This document shows positions 39,024-49,178 of a stretch of 64,000 nucleotides of DNA, piece after piece. Below the pieces are notes generated by a model. That model was not told the origin of the DNA and searched no databases. It worked only from the letters and a program-made list of their open reading frames with translations. The position numbers and the translations under genes are program-made. Every line of letters begins with the position of its first letter. The first letter of the stretch is position 1. This stretch comes from an uncultured virus (IMG/VR IMGVR_UViG_3300017785_009958) (Duplodnaviria > Heunggongvirae > Uroviricota > Caudoviricetes): the IMG/VR virus record IMGVR_UViG_3300017785_009958. The stretch is one strand, 5' to 3'.

Positions 39024-39839
39024 GTGAAACTCGAGACCTTTCATTTTGAGATTAAAGACCTAATAACACAGTTTGTAGCTGCGTTTGATGATATTATTAT
39101 AAAAAGGCATGATAAGAATCGTGTACCGCAAAACAAAGTACAAGTAAGATATGTATATGCTCCTAAAGAGCGAGTTTTATATGATTTGGTAAACAAAGCA
39201 CAAAATCTTACAGTGCCTGTAGTTGCAGTAAGTATAACAAATGTAGCGCGCGATGAAGATCGTGTTTTTAATAAAAATAGCGGGTTTTATCTAACAAGAG
39301 GGCCAACAGATAATTCAATAAGCTCTACATCACAATATTACAGAACACCGGTGCCTGTTAATATCGGCGTCTCCATGTCTATTATAACAAAATTTCAATC
39401 AGATATGGATCAAATTATTTCAAATTTTGTTCCTTACAATAATCCTTATATCATTCTTTCTTGGCAAATTCCAAGTACAGTTGTACCAAGCGGGTTTGAT
39501 ATTCCACAAGAAATACGAAGCGAAGTTTTATGGGACGGTGGAATCAATCTCTCTTATCCAATCGATATCCAGGCGAACGAAAAATATCGTCTTATTGGCG
39601 ATACATCTTTTATAATAAAAGGCTGGCTATTCCCATACATGCAACAGCCCGTTGGAAACATATATTTTATTAATAATAACTTTAATTCATCATCAATTAT
39701 CACTGATTACGACACGCTTACCGGTAATACATATACATATCCAATTAGTACAAACCTAGTAAGCGATACAGAGACTATATCAATTTCTGGAATTCCACAA
39801 TTTACTAATGTTGACTATACTACGTCACTCAATCAATAA
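39024..39839 (+). CDS. gp15: Tail sheath stabiliser/terminator (gp15-like); GTG start at 39024
   Basis: F...FDDI.I.R, V...YAPK, PVPVNI...SI.TK...D.DQI..NF.P, F.IKGWLF; late promoter 5 nt upstream. Confidence 0.8.
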   Translation: MKLETFHFEIKDLITQFVAAFDDIIIKRHDKNRVPQNKVQVRYVYAPKERVLYDLVNKAQNLTVPVVAVSITNVARDEDRVFNKNSGFYLTRGPTDNSISSTSQYYRTPVPVNIGVSMSIITKFQSDMDQIISNFVPYNNPYIILSWQIPSTVVPSGFDIPQEIRSEVLWDGGINLSYPIDIQANEKYRLIGDTSFIIKGWLFPYMQQPVGNIYFINNNFNSSSIITDYDTLTGNTYTYPISTNLVSDTETISISGIPQFTNVDYTTSLNQ

Positions 39840-39894
39840 AGTGAATATTTATAGTTTAAGTTTAGAATAGAGCACATAAATATAATAAAACAAT

Positions 39895-41700
39895 ATGGCA
39901 AACCAGGATTCAAATAGAGAAAGTACATTCGGCAGAGACTTGATGAAGTTCGTTTCTTCCAAATTACCCTATCAGTCTCTTAATATTGAAGATAAGATTA
40001 ACTCACTTAATCCTAAGTACGAGGAATTCTTTGATAAAGGTACAAAACGCGAAGAAGCATTATCCAGACAATCTATTTCTTCATCGCTAGCTTTTACAGA
40101 TGATTTATACGCAAATGTAATTCAAAATAAAGATTATCATAATTACATGTATGCAAACTTGCAGCCTGATAAAGGTCGCAGGTTAATGGATTATAGGGTA
40201 ATGGCAGCTTTCTCTGAAGTTGCAGATGCATTAGATGAAATATGCGATGAATTTATTAACAAAGATGATAACGGTGAAATTGTTAAACTAAGATTAAAAA
40301 CAGATGCGCTTTCTGAAGAGCAGAAAGAAAAGCTTAAAAAAGAATTTCAAAAGTATATTAGTTACTTTGACCTTGAAAATAGAGGTTGGGAGTACTTGAG
40401 ACAGCTCTTAGTTGATTCTGAGTTATACTTTGAACATATTGTTCATAAGAAATATCCTCAAGAAGGTATTCTTGGTGTTGTTGCTATTCCACCCGACCTT
40501 ATTGACCCAATCTTTGAAAATGTACAAAACCAGATTGTAAGAGGCTATTTGTTACGTAAAAATATTTACGATGCTAAGAACCCTGGCAAAGTATCAAAAG
40601 TCGAGCTCGTTCCAATGGATGTTAATCAAGTTACATACATCAATTCAGGCATATGGAATGAGTCAAAGACAGTTAGACTTCCGTTCATAGAAAATGCTAG
40701 AAGAGCTTACAGACAGCTATCACTTATTGAAGATGCGATCGTAATTTATCGTTTAGTCCGTGCACCAGAGCGTTTGGTTTTTAACGTTGATGTAGGTAAT
40801 ATGCCCCCTCCTAAAGCTGAAGCATATCTACGCAAATTAATGACAAATTACTGGTCAAAGAGAACTTATGATGCTGATCAAGGTGCATCAGTACAAAAAT
40901 TTAATCCGCAATCAATGCTCGATAGTTTTTGGTTTGCAAAACGCGCTGGTAGTGAGGGTACAACAGTTACCCAGTTGCCCGGCGGTGCTAATCTTGGTGA
41001 ACTTACCGACTTGATGTATTTTGTACAAAAGCTCTACAAGTCGCTTAAAGTACCAGTAACACGTCTTAATGTTGAAGATGTATTTAAAGATGGAACAGAT
41101 ATTCTTCGCGAAGAGCTAAAATTTGCACGATTTATTATTCGACAACAGCAGCGCTTTGCTACTGGGCTTAAAAATGGTTTTGTTACGCATCTCAAGCTAA
41201 AAAAGTTTTGGGAAGAATATAAACTTAAAGAAGCAGAAATCGATATTACGCTTAATGTACCGACAAACTTCTATGAGCTTAGAGAAAATCAGAAGTTCCA
41301 GCTTAAAGCAGAAAACTTTAATTCAATTACACAAAGCGATCTTGTCTCTAAAACATATGCACAGAAAAAATATCTCGGATGGACAGATACCGATCTTATG
41401 GCTAATAGAGAGTTTTTAAGAAAAGATAGAGAATTACTTTGGGAGTTAGATCAAATTACAAATGGTGGACCAAATTGGAGAGAGCAAGGCGCTGTAGCGC
41501 CTGGTCAAGGACCCGAAGCAGGAGCCGGGGGAGCAGGAGGCGGTACAGCAGGTGGTGGAGGGTCTAGACTACCGCCTGAATTTGGTCCTGGGCCCGGTGG
41601 TGCTGGTGGAGAAGCAGGCGCAGCTACGCCAGCAGCTGGTGGAGGTACGGCTTCTAGTAGTGCAGCTGCGGGAGGCGAAACCGCTACTCCTGCGGCATAA
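39895..41700 (+). CDS. gp20: Portal protein (gp20) with Gly/Ala-rich C-terminal tail
   Basis: EDAIVIYRLVRAPERLVFNVDVGNMP..KAE.YL, SMLDSFWF, LPGG.NLGE, REELKF. Confidence 0.96.
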   Translation: MANQDSNRESTFGRDLMKFVSSKLPYQSLNIEDKINSLNPKYEEFFDKGTKREEALSRQSISSSLAFTDDLYANVIQNKDYHNYMYANLQPDKGRRLMDYRVMAAFSEVADALDEICDEFINKDDNGEIVKLRLKTDALSEEQKEKLKKEFQKYISYFDLENRGWEYLRQLLVDSELYFEHIVHKKYPQEGILGVVAIPPDLIDPIFENVQNQIVRGYLLRKNIYDAKNPGKVSKVELVPMDVNQVTYINSGIWNESKTVRLPFIENARRAYRQLSLIEDAIVIYRLVRAPERLVFNVDVGNMPPPKAEAYLRKLMTNYWSKRTYDADQGASVQKFNPQSMLDSFWFAKRAGSEGTTVTQLPGGANLGELTDLMYFVQKLYKSLKVPVTRLNVEDVFKDGTDILREELKFARFIIRQQQRFATGLKNGFVTHLKLKKFWEEYKLKEAEIDITLNVPTNFYELRENQKFQLKAENFNSITQSDLVSKTYAQKKYLGWTDTDLMANREFLRKDRELLWELDQITNGGPNWREQGAVAPGQGPEAGAGGAGGGTAGGGGSRLPPEFGPGPGGAGGEAGAATPAAGGGTASSSAAAGGETATPAA

Positions 41701-41726
41701 CCCGCTAAATTAATTAAATAATAGTT

Positions 41727-42713
41727 ATGGCTGTATATTATCCATCTTTTGATAATTACAGACGCGCACAAGTTCGTCAAAAACAACTCTTACACACTGA
41801 TTATAAAACAGTTATACAAGAGGGCATCGGTGTAGGAGCTATTCCAGCAGTAAATACTTCACCTACACCAACTCCCACCCAGACAATAACTCCTACATTA
41901 ACCCCTTCGGTAACTATTACGCAAACTAATACGCCTTCCACTACACCATCAGTTACACCTACAGAAACTCCAACAAGCACACCATCAGTTACACCTACAA
42001 CAACTCAAACGCCTACACCTTCAGTAACAGAGACACCTACATCAACACCGACGCAGACGCTGACCCAAACGCCTACGCCTTCAGTAACGAAAACGCCTAC
42101 TATAACACCGACACAAACGCACACAGTGACACCGACAGTAACACAAACGCACACAGTGACACCGACAGTAACACCAACACCAACAGTGACACCAAATCTT
42201 GTAACAATATTTTATTATTCCGATTCTACAATATCTTCCAGCATGGATACTACATTGACAGACTCGAGTCGTAATATTAATAAAACTTTGATTGCAGTTA
42301 ATATTGGCAGCGTAGTAACTAGTATTGGTACTGCTTTCGCTAATTGTACAGAGCTCACTGACATTATTATTCCTAGCAATGTGACGAGTATTGGTTATGC
42401 TGCATTTCAAGGCTGTACCGGTCTTACTAGTGTTACTATTCCTAGCAGCGTGACGGCTATTGGAGATTACATGTTTTTTTATTGCACTAACTTAGTTAGT
42501 GTATATTTCTTAGGCAATGCTCCTACTGGGGGATTTGGAGCGTTTGAAGGTACAGCGTGTACAGTGTATTATTGTTCAGATAAAGCTAACTTTACCAATC
42601 CTTTCTTAGACCGACCTGCGGTAGCTATTACATGTGGTAATAATACACGCACACCTACCCCGACACCCACTGCAACACCAACACCTACACAGACTATTAC
42701 ACCTTCAATTTGA
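41727..42713 (+). CDS. Late protein with Thr/Pro mucin-like repeats and BspA-type LRR domain
   Basis: Long TPT/TVT tract; [35 protein letters not shown]_5 repeats; VYFLGNAP cap; TAAATA 6 nt upstream. Confidence 0.8.
   Translation: MAVYYPSFDNYRRAQVRQKQLLHTDYKTVIQEGIGVGAIPAVNTSPTPTPTQTITPTLTPSVTITQTNTPSTTPSVTPTETPTSTPSVTPTTTQTPTPSVTETPTSTPTQTLTQTPTPSVTKTPTITPTQTHTVTPTVTQTHTVTPTVTPTPTVTPNLVTIFYYSDSTISSSMDTTLTDSSRNINKTLIAVNIGSVVTSIGTAFANCTELTDIIIPSNVTSIGYAAFQGCTGLTSVTIPSSVTAIGDYMFFYCTNLVSVYFLGNAPTGGFGAFEGTACTVYYCSDKANFTNPFLDRPAVAITCGNNTRTPTPTPTATPTPTQTITPSI
42111..42170 (+). repeat. Exact 30-bp tandem duplication inside the Thr/Pro tract
   Basis: acacaaacgcacacagtgacaccgacagta occurs twice (42111-42140, 42141-42170). 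Confidence 0.9.
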
Positions 42714-42817
42714 TCTTACGCTCTTAAGAGATAGAGTAATTACATTGATATAAGCATTTAGTAGTTTATAAGAAATATTAGTTGTATATTTTAACGATAA
42801 TAAATTAAATAATATAT

Positions 42818-43894
42818 ATGGACTGTTCTGCAATTACGCCTATAACAGCGTTTCAAAGCACTAATCTTAATAGTAAGATAGATACATTTTCACGCCTTGG
42901 AGATAGAATTACACGTAGCCTTGGCGCGCCGTTAATTAATCTGGAACTACATCACGATCAATTGTTTGAAAATATTTCTATAGCTTGTGAGATGTTTGCA
43001 AGATATGCAGGATATACAGAAGAAATTTTAGTTTTTGATTCTAATTTATATATAGACGGCAAGGGAATTAAGATGGATGAATTGTTTAGCATTACCCCGT
43101 TTTTTAATAAAACCATTACACCATCCAAAACAGTTTACGCCGCAACATCATCAATTACTAGTAGTATTTTCAGCTCATCCACTACACTATCAAGTATATA
43201 TTCCGACGGTATTTTTAACAATCAAATCTTAACTACATTAAGCTATCTTAGCGTAATTAATTTTAACGGCACATTAGCACAATATTTTAATCCATCATCT
43301 AATAGTCAAGAGAAGTTCGTTAATAGTTTTGACTATGATATAATGGATTATAGAAAAGTAATTGATGTTATTGACTTCGAAGAAGGAAGCTCTGACGGTG
43401 TTAATACCTTGTTTACTATTGAACAAACACTAGCACAGCAAACATATTTTAGTTATGCGATGGGCAATTATGGCTTCGATCTTATTAGCTGGTATACACT
43501 TAAGAATTGGTTGGAAGTGCGCGAAAAATTACTTGCAACGCGTAGGTATTATACTTTCGATGATAGGACTCAGTATCTTGTTTTCTTCCCACCACCTCGT
43601 ACACCGGGATCAGGAAGCCGTTTCTACGGTGCAATGCCATGCTATGTTGAAAGACCACTAAGGGATATTATTAAGGAGCCTTGGGTATATCAGTATGCAC
43701 TTGCATTAAGCAAAATTTCAGTAGGCAATGTACGTGGTAAATATACTGGTACAACGCTCTTCGGAGGAGGACAGATTAATTATAATGATCTTCTCTCACA
43801 AGGACTTGCTGAAAAAGAAAAGCTCGAACAAAAGCTTTACGAAGGTGCACCAGGACTAGGCGCTGCAGCGCCGCCTCAGTTCTTTGTTGGATAA
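42818..43894 (+). CDS. gp13: Neck protein (gp13-like)
   Basis: RSLGAPLINLEL..DQL, GFDLISW, WVYQYALAL.K...G..RGKY....L.GG..IN, E.EKLE, FFVG. Confidence 0.85.
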   Translation: MDCSAITPITAFQSTNLNSKIDTFSRLGDRITRSLGAPLINLELHHDQLFENISIACEMFARYAGYTEEILVFDSNLYIDGKGIKMDELFSITPFFNKTITPSKTVYAATSSITSSIFSSSTTLSSIYSDGIFNNQILTTLSYLSVINFNGTLAQYFNPSSNSQEKFVNSFDYDIMDYRKVIDVIDFEEGSSDGVNTLFTIEQTLAQQTYFSYAMGNYGFDLISWYTLKNWLEVREKLLATRRYYTFDDRTQYLVFFPPPRTPGSGSRFYGAMPCYVERPLRDIIKEPWVYQYALALSKISVGNVRGKYTGTTLFGGGQINYNDLLSQGLAEKEKLEQKLYEGAPGLGAAAPPQFFVG

Positions 43895-44352
43895 TGATTC
43901 CATTAAATAAAACAGATAAGTATAGGCAAGGTCTTTTTAGACCAAGAAACACATCAAAATATGTTGGACGTAATCCACCTGTTTATAGATCGGGTTGGGA
44001 ATTAAAGTTTTTTAGATGGTGTGACGAGAATACTAATGTCCTTGAATGGGCCAGTGAAGCAATTGTTATACCGTATATTAACCCTATCGATGGTAAAGCT
44101 CATAGATATATTACCGATGGGGTTGTTGTAATAAAAGAAGCGGATAAGGTTAGTAAATATATTATAGAGATAAAACCAAGCGATCAGTTGTTACAGCCTG
44201 TTGCAGGAAAAAAGAAGAATAGTACTGTCATTTATGAGAATAAACGATATATACAGAATATGGCTAAGTGGAAAGCAGCTAAAACCTGGTGTGACAAAAG
44301 AAATTACAAATTCTTGATTTTGACAGAAAAGGAATTAGGTCTAAATAAATAG
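43894..44352 (+). CDS. gp4: Head completion nuclease (gp4-like)
   Basis: QG.F.P.N..KY.G, YRSGWE..F..WCD, W.SE...IPY, EIKP, N.AKW.AA, ILTEKEL. Confidence 0.88.
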   Translation: MIPLNKTDKYRQGLFRPRNTSKYVGRNPPVYRSGWELKFFRWCDENTNVLEWASEAIVIPYINPIDGKAHRYITDGVVVIKEADKVSKYIIEIKPSDQLLQPVAGKKKNSTVIYENKRYIQNMAKWKAAKTWCDKRNYKFLILTEKELGLNK

Positions 44353-44375
44353 ACATCTAAATAATAAATAATAAT

Positions 44376-45047
44376 ATGGCTTTACGTCTATTAGTCGAAA
44401 CACCGGCTCCGGAAGAGCAATTTGAATATATACTAGAAGAAAAAAATTCTAAAGAGCCAGCACGTCTTTGTATTCAAGGACCTTACATGGTCTGTAATGA
44501 AGTAAATAAAAATCAAAGAATTTATGAGAAGTCAGATATGGAGCGCGAAGTTAATCGTTACATTAAAGAGATGGTTAATTCTAAGCGCGCCATGGGTGAA
44601 TTGAATCACCCTACATCTGCTGAAGTTAATCTTGAAAGAGCTTGTCATATAGTAACCAATCTAAAGTTAGAAGGTAATTATGTTATCGGTAAGTCGCAAG
44701 TGCTCTCTACACCGATGGGACAAATTGTTCGCTCTCTTATTAATGACGGAGTTAAGGTTGGTATGTCAAGCCGCGCTCTTGGTAAGCTAAACGAAGAAGC
44801 TGGTGGTGTTAATCGCGTTACCGACATGCGCCTTATTGCTGTTGATTGTGTTGCAGATCCGTCGTGCCCCAAGGCGTTTGTTAACGGTATTCTCGAAAGT
44901 AAGCAGTATATACTCGCTGCCGATGGCCAGTTAGAAGAAGTATTTGAGCGTTTTGAGAATTCACTTAAAAATTTACCTGGGAAAGAAGTACAAGCATATC
45001 TCAAAGAGCAAATTCTTTCTTTCTTTAAGCATTTAAAGGCTAACTAA
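44376..45047 (+). CDS. gp21: Prohead core protease (gp21)
   Basis: N.N.RIY, RAMGELNHP, TPMG.I, GMSSRALG, D.VADPS...AFVNGILE. Confidence 0.95.
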   Translation: MALRLLVETPAPEEQFEYILEEKNSKEPARLCIQGPYMVCNEVNKNQRIYEKSDMEREVNRYIKEMVNSKRAMGELNHPTSAEVNLERACHIVTNLKLEGNYVIGKSQVLSTPMGQIVRSLINDGVKVGMSSRALGKLNEEAGGVNRVTDMRLIAVDCVADPSCPKAFVNGILESKQYILAADGQLEEVFERFENSLKNLPGKEVQAYLKEQILSFFKHLKAN

Positions 45048-45094
45048 ATATGAAAAAAGAGAAGAAAACACTCAAAGGTAAGATAAATAATAAT

Positions 45095-45265
45095 ATGGCC
45101 AATAAAGTTGCTAAAAGCAAGGTTAATGAAAGTTCGGAAATAATTAAGTTTTTACGCTCAATTTCCCAAAAAAATTATTCCGAGGCCAATAAATATTTAC
45201 AGAACGTTATCGAATCGAAGCTTAAAGCTAAGATGGCTAACGCTCTAAAAGAAAACATTTTTTAA
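45095..45265 (+). CDS. Small prohead core protein (gp67/gp68-like); start re-called at 45095
   Basis: Between gp21 and gp22; TAAATA 45084-45089, 5 nt before ATG. Confidence 0.55.
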   Translation: MANKVAKSKVNESSEIIKFLRSISQKNYSEANKYLQNVIESKLKAKMANALKENIF

Positions 45266-45266
45266 T

Positions 45267-46154
45267 ATGGAAAACAACAATATATCGAGCGTTCTTAGAG
45301 AAGCAACCAAGGATATTCTTACAGAGGATGTTCTTAAGGAAATCGAAGCCGCTTTTAATACTACAGTAAATGAAAGAGTACAATTACATGTTGAAAAAGC
45401 TTTGTCAGAACAAGATGCTGATTATTCAAAGAAGCTTGAAACACTTGTTGAAGCTATCGATACTGATCATACAGATAAGCTCAAAAAAGTTGTTGAAGCT
45501 ATTGATGCTGATCGCGCTGAGAAGCTTAAGACTGTTGTTGAAAAATATGAAGCGGCGCTAAACAAAGAAGCCGCTGCATTTAAATCTTCTATGGTAGACA
45601 AAGTAAGTAAATTCCTCGATCTTTATATCGATGAGAAATTACCTACTACTGCTATTAATGAAGCTGTGAAGAACAAGAGGGCTGTTGGGCTTCTCGAAGA
45701 TCTTCGCAAGGTTCTTTCTGTTGACATGATTCTCGCGAAAGATAATATTCGCGATGCTATTGTTGATGGAAAGACAAAAATTGATGAAGCTGCTAGTCAG
45801 CTTGAAGCCGCTAATAAGCAGGTTACAAAGTTAACTGAAGAGAATAAGAAGTTAACTTCTAAGATTGTCTTAGAAGGAAAAATTTCTAATCTCGATGAAG
45901 ATAAGAAGACTTACATGAAGAAAATGTTAGATGGTAAGTCAGCTGATTTCATTAAGGAAAACTTTGATTACACACTCAATTTATTTGAGAAAACTGAAGA
46001 AGAGCGGCTTTCGAATCTTAAGACAGAAGCCGTAACAGAATCTGTATCAACTAACGTTGACAGACCTGTTATTGAAGAGAAGGTTTCTGAGCCCGCAAAT
46101 GAAGAAGCAGCCCCCGCGTTTGGCCTCTACATGAGCGAGCTTAAAAAATACTAA
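45267..46154 (+). CDS. gp22: Prohead scaffold (gp22)
   Basis: Acidic coiled-coil between gp21 and gp23; C-terminal YMSEL. Confidence 0.85.
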   Translation: MENNNISSVLREATKDILTEDVLKEIEAAFNTTVNERVQLHVEKALSEQDADYSKKLETLVEAIDTDHTDKLKKVVEAIDADRAEKLKTVVEKYEAALNKEAAAFKSSMVDKVSKFLDLYIDEKLPTTAINEAVKNKRAVGLLEDLRKVLSVDMILAKDNIRDAIVDGKTKIDEAASQLEAANKQVTKLTEENKKLTSKIVLEGKISNLDEDKKTYMKKMLDGKSADFIKENFDYTLNLFEKTEEERLSNLKTEAVTESVSTNVDRPVIEEKVSEPANEEAAPAFGLYMSELKKY

Positions 46155-46176
46155 TTTTTTAATAAAGATTTAATTG

Positions 46177-46190
46177 AGGGCTCTGCCCCT
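46177..46190 (+). promoter_or_regulatory. Small GC hairpin in the gp22-gp23 intergenic leader
   Basis: gggc-tct-gccc about 50 nt upstream of the gp23 ATG; possible mRNA-stabilising or processing stem. Confidence 0.35.
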
Positions 46191-46237
46191 GAATAGTTTA
46201 TAAAAGGTCGACAAGTTACATAGGAAATTATTATTAT

Positions 46238-47734
46238 ATGTCAAAACAAATTCGTCCTACACAGGCTTACATCGATGAGTCTCGCGCGAAAGTATTGCTC
46301 GAAAAATGGGGTCCAGTATTGGATTACTCTTCGAACAATGTTGCCGCGATTGAAGATGATCACACTCGTTTGAACACCGCCATCCTTTTGGAAAACCAAG
46401 AGAAGTGGTGTTTCGAAGCTAGCAACGTCGCTGGTGGAACCCCCGGAGTATTCAGCAATGGCCAAATCAATGCTGGTGCCTTCGGTAATCAGTTCCCTTC
46501 CCAGAATGACAGCGCTTATGCTCCTAACGATTCGCGTCTTCCGAAGATTCTAATCCCGATGATCCGCCGTACGTTCCCTGAGTTGATCACTAACGAAATC
46601 GTTGGTGTTCAGCCCATGAGCGGTCCTGTAGGTCTCGCTTTTGCTCTACGTTATAAGTACGAAGGTACTGCTCTCGGTGCTACTAATGCAAAAGGTCTTG
46701 ATGGCTCTCTAGCCTCAGGAGCTCTCGCTGGTGGTCCTCAGAGTCAGTCCGACGGTGCCGAATTAGGTTACCAATACCTCGATTCACGCTTTACTGGTGT
46801 TTCTTCTGCTGCCCTCTCGGGTAACAGTTTCTTCTCCGTAAAAGCTCAGGATCAAGGTGTTGCTCAGTTGCTAGCCAACTTTGAGTTAACCTCAAACATT
46901 CCCCAGGTCGTAGTTAGCTTCGAAAAGACAGCCGTTGAGGCTGGTACTCGTAGGCTCGCCGCCCGCTGGTCTGTTGAACTCGAGCAGGATCTTAAGAACA
47001 TGAACGGCATTGATATCGATACCGAACTCACCAACGCTATGTCGTATGAGTTGCAGGCCGAAATCGACCGTGAAATGATCATTCGTATGATCCAGACAGC
47101 CCTAAACGCTGGCTTAGGAACAGGCTTCTCAGTCTGGTCCCCTGCCTCCGCAGACGGCCGTTGGCTCGTTGAGCGCAATCGCGACTTCTATCAGAGACTA
47201 ATTGTTGAAGCTAACAGAATCGCTGTCCGTAACCGCCGTGGTTCGGCAAATTTCATTGTGGCAACACCTCGTGTGTGCGCCATTCTTGAGATGCTGCCCG
47301 AATTCCAGTGGGTTCCGGTCCAGGGTAATGTTAACACACAACCCGTTGGCGTCGCCAAGGTAGGTTCACTTGCTGGTCGTTTTAACGTATACCGCGATAC
47401 ACGTACAGAAGCACAGGCTGAAGCTAACGCCGGAGGAAACTTCGGCGGTAACGGTGGGTTCCCCGCCGGTACAACACGCACAACCCGTCTCGAGTACGCT
47501 CTCCTTGGTTACAAGGGTCCGGAATTCTACGACACTGGTATCATCTATTGTCCGTATATTCCGGTAATGGTTCAGAGAACTATTGGTCCTAATGATTTTG
47601 CTCCTCGTGTTGGTCTATTAACCCGTTATGGCGTTGTAGATAACATCTTCGGTGCAAATCTTTATTACCACGTAATTATCTTGACCGGTCTCGGTGTTGC
47701 GTTCCAGCCTGGAACACAATCAGTCTACTTCTAA
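46238..47734 (+). CDS. gp23: Major capsid protein (gp23)
   Basis: LLEKW.PVL, ILLENQ, LIPMIRR, VGVQPMSGP.GLAFALRY, EQDLK, EIDRE, YCPYIP, F.PRVG..TRYG. Confidence 0.97.
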   Translation: MSKQIRPTQAYIDESRAKVLLEKWGPVLDYSSNNVAAIEDDHTRLNTAILLENQEKWCFEASNVAGGTPGVFSNGQINAGAFGNQFPSQNDSAYAPNDSRLPKILIPMIRRTFPELITNEIVGVQPMSGPVGLAFALRYKYEGTALGATNAKGLDGSLASGALAGGPQSQSDGAELGYQYLDSRFTGVSSAALSGNSFFSVKAQDQGVAQLLANFELTSNIPQVVVSFEKTAVEAGTRRLAARWSVELEQDLKNMNGIDIDTELTNAMSYELQAEIDREMIIRMIQTALNAGLGTGFSVWSPASADGRWLVERNRDFYQRLIVEANRIAVRNRRGSANFIVATPRVCAILEMLPEFQWVPVQGNVNTQPVGVAKVGSLAGRFNVYRDTRTEAQAEANAGGNFGGNGGFPAGTTRTTRLEYALLGYKGPEFYDTGIIYCPYIPVMVQRTIGPNDFAPRVGLLTRYGVVDNIFGANLYYHVIILTGLGVAFQPGTQSVYF

Positions 47735-47792
47735 AAAAGTAGTCGGGATACAAAAAAGAAACCATTTTCACCTAGTCCGTCCTAGGAAATTT

Positions 47793-47823
47793 AAAAAAGG
47801 GCCTCTTGCGGGGCCCTTTTTTT
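47793..47823. terminator. Intrinsic, potentially bidirectional terminator after gp23
   Basis: aaaaaagggcctc-ttgc-ggggccctttttt; a second stem cctag-tccgtc-ctagg at 47771-47786. Confidence 0.85.
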
Positions 47824-47867
47824 ATATATACTGCTAAAAATAATAACTGTATAGAATAAATATTTGT

Positions 47868-48257
47868 ATGGCATTCATACGATTTGACAACACTCTAGCA
47901 GACCCAGCATCTACCACACCTGTGACATTGAATCTATCTCTCACCTCAAAAGGGGTAGTTCTTGAAACGCTAGGTACAAATGCAAAATATCTTGTTTTTC
48001 AAGATGCAAGCCGTACGTTGACTACATTGCAACAAACATTGTCAACGCCAGATGGCACAAAATTCAGAGCCGATATTGCCTACAAAGATGCACAATTTGG
48101 AATCATTAACACCGACAATACTTCTACAATCTTTACATTAGTGACCGGCAGTGGTGCTCCCAATAGAGTTACATATGTAACACAGTCAGTTACTTCCAAT
48201 AATTACGATTCACAGAGTTTTGTTGATTTTCAGAGGCTCTGGAATCTTAACGGCTAA
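47868..48257 (+). CDS. Hypothetical late protein (possible capsid-associated)
   Basis: TAAATA 5 nt upstream; directly follows gp23; Thr/Ser-rich. Confidence 0.55.
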   Translation: MAFIRFDNTLADPASTTPVTLNLSLTSKGVVLETLGTNAKYLVFQDASRTLTTLQQTLSTPDGTKFRADIAYKDAQFGIINTDNTSTIFTLVTGSGAPNRVTYVTQSVTSNNYDSQSFVDFQRLWNLNG

Positions 48258-49178
48258 TTATTGCCGTACAGTCTTCGGAAAATACTTAAACTTATCCCAC
48301 ATAGCATGATTCTGTTTTAATAGCTCTTGGCTATTAGCTCTAATAGGATTAATGTCAATACCGCCTCGTCTAACATATAGGCATGATACCATCAGTTCTT
48401 CAGGTTTAACTAAATCATATAACCGTTTGTATATAGTCTCACAAATCTCTTCATGAAAATGACATTCATCTCTAAATGAGACAATGTACTGTAATAACGA
48501 GGTTTGGTTAAGCTGATAAGGCCCTTTATAATGAATATAAACATCCCCCCAATCCGGTTGAGATGTGACCCTGCAATTACTCTTTAATAGGGCTGAATGA
48601 AAGCGTTGTACTTTATTTGAGTCACCTTCTGTCCAACCGAGCAAAGAAGGATCTTCCTTATAACCGCGAGATTTAATTGACGTAACGTCTATATTATTTT
48701 CCAAAGTCGGATAGTCAGCGGTGGCAAATAAAGGCGGATAATACATCGCATCATCAATAGCTTTTGTAAGCTTAACACAGACTCTAACTTCTGTTTCTAG
48801 TAGTTTAGATAAATCATTTTCCATGACTGCTTCAAGCTGCTGTAATACACTAATAATATTGCCTTGATATGTCTCCATATTAAACGAATTCATATAGAGC
48901 TTAATAGACTTTGATTCAACGATATATTTGTTAGTGGCCGGATATACAACCTTAGCAATAGCAGCAATAGGCATACCATCTTGTGTTAAGCAAGATACTT
49001 CATAAGCATTCCAAATATCATAGCCACAAAACGGAGGATTATCATCAGAAATATCTAAATGCTTTCTATTGTTCTGCCTTGGCTCACGAACCAAAAGAGA
49101 AGGATCATATGTGCATTTGTACCCAGTTATTCTACCAAGATGCTTTGATATGTTACTGTTATCTAATTGCGTATTCAT
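48258..49178 (-). CDS. queF: NADPH-dependent preQ0 reductase QueF (bimodular type)
   Basis: D.WNAYE, QueF motif VESKSIKLY.NSF, catalytic KSNCRVTSQPDW, FHEE, RRGGIDINP. Confidence 0.93.
   Translation of the reverse strand: MNTQLDNSNISKHLGRITGYKCTYDPSLLVREPRQNNRKHLDISDDNPPFCGYDIWNAYEVSCLTQDGMPIAAIAKVVYPATNKYIVESKSIKLYMNSFNMETYQGNIISVLQQLEAVMENDLSKLLETEVRVCVKLTKAIDDAMYYPPLFATADYPTLENNIDVTSIKSRGYKEDPSLLGWTEGDSNKVQRFHSALLKSNCRVTSQPDWGDVYIHYKGPYQLNQTSLLQYIVSFRDECHFHEEICETIYKRLYDLVKPEELMVSCLYVRRGGIDINPIRANSQELLKQNHAMWDKFKYFPKTVRQ

Noticed and set aside
41854..42195. Repeat tract as a CRISPR array or DGR template/variable repeat
   Set aside because: Repeats are in-frame Thr/Pro codons with no unique spacers; no cas or reverse transcriptase gene in the window
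43894..44352. TnsA-like endonuclease suggesting a Tn7-type transposon
   Set aside because: Motifs and position between gp13 and gp21 match T4 gp4 head completion protein; no tnsB/tnsC or transposon ends are visible
48258..49178. QueF-like amidinotransferase making archaeosine (G+)
   Set aside because: It has the NADPH-binding QueF motif (ESKSIKLY) and bimodular length of true nitrile reductases; no Gat-QueC or ArcS seen
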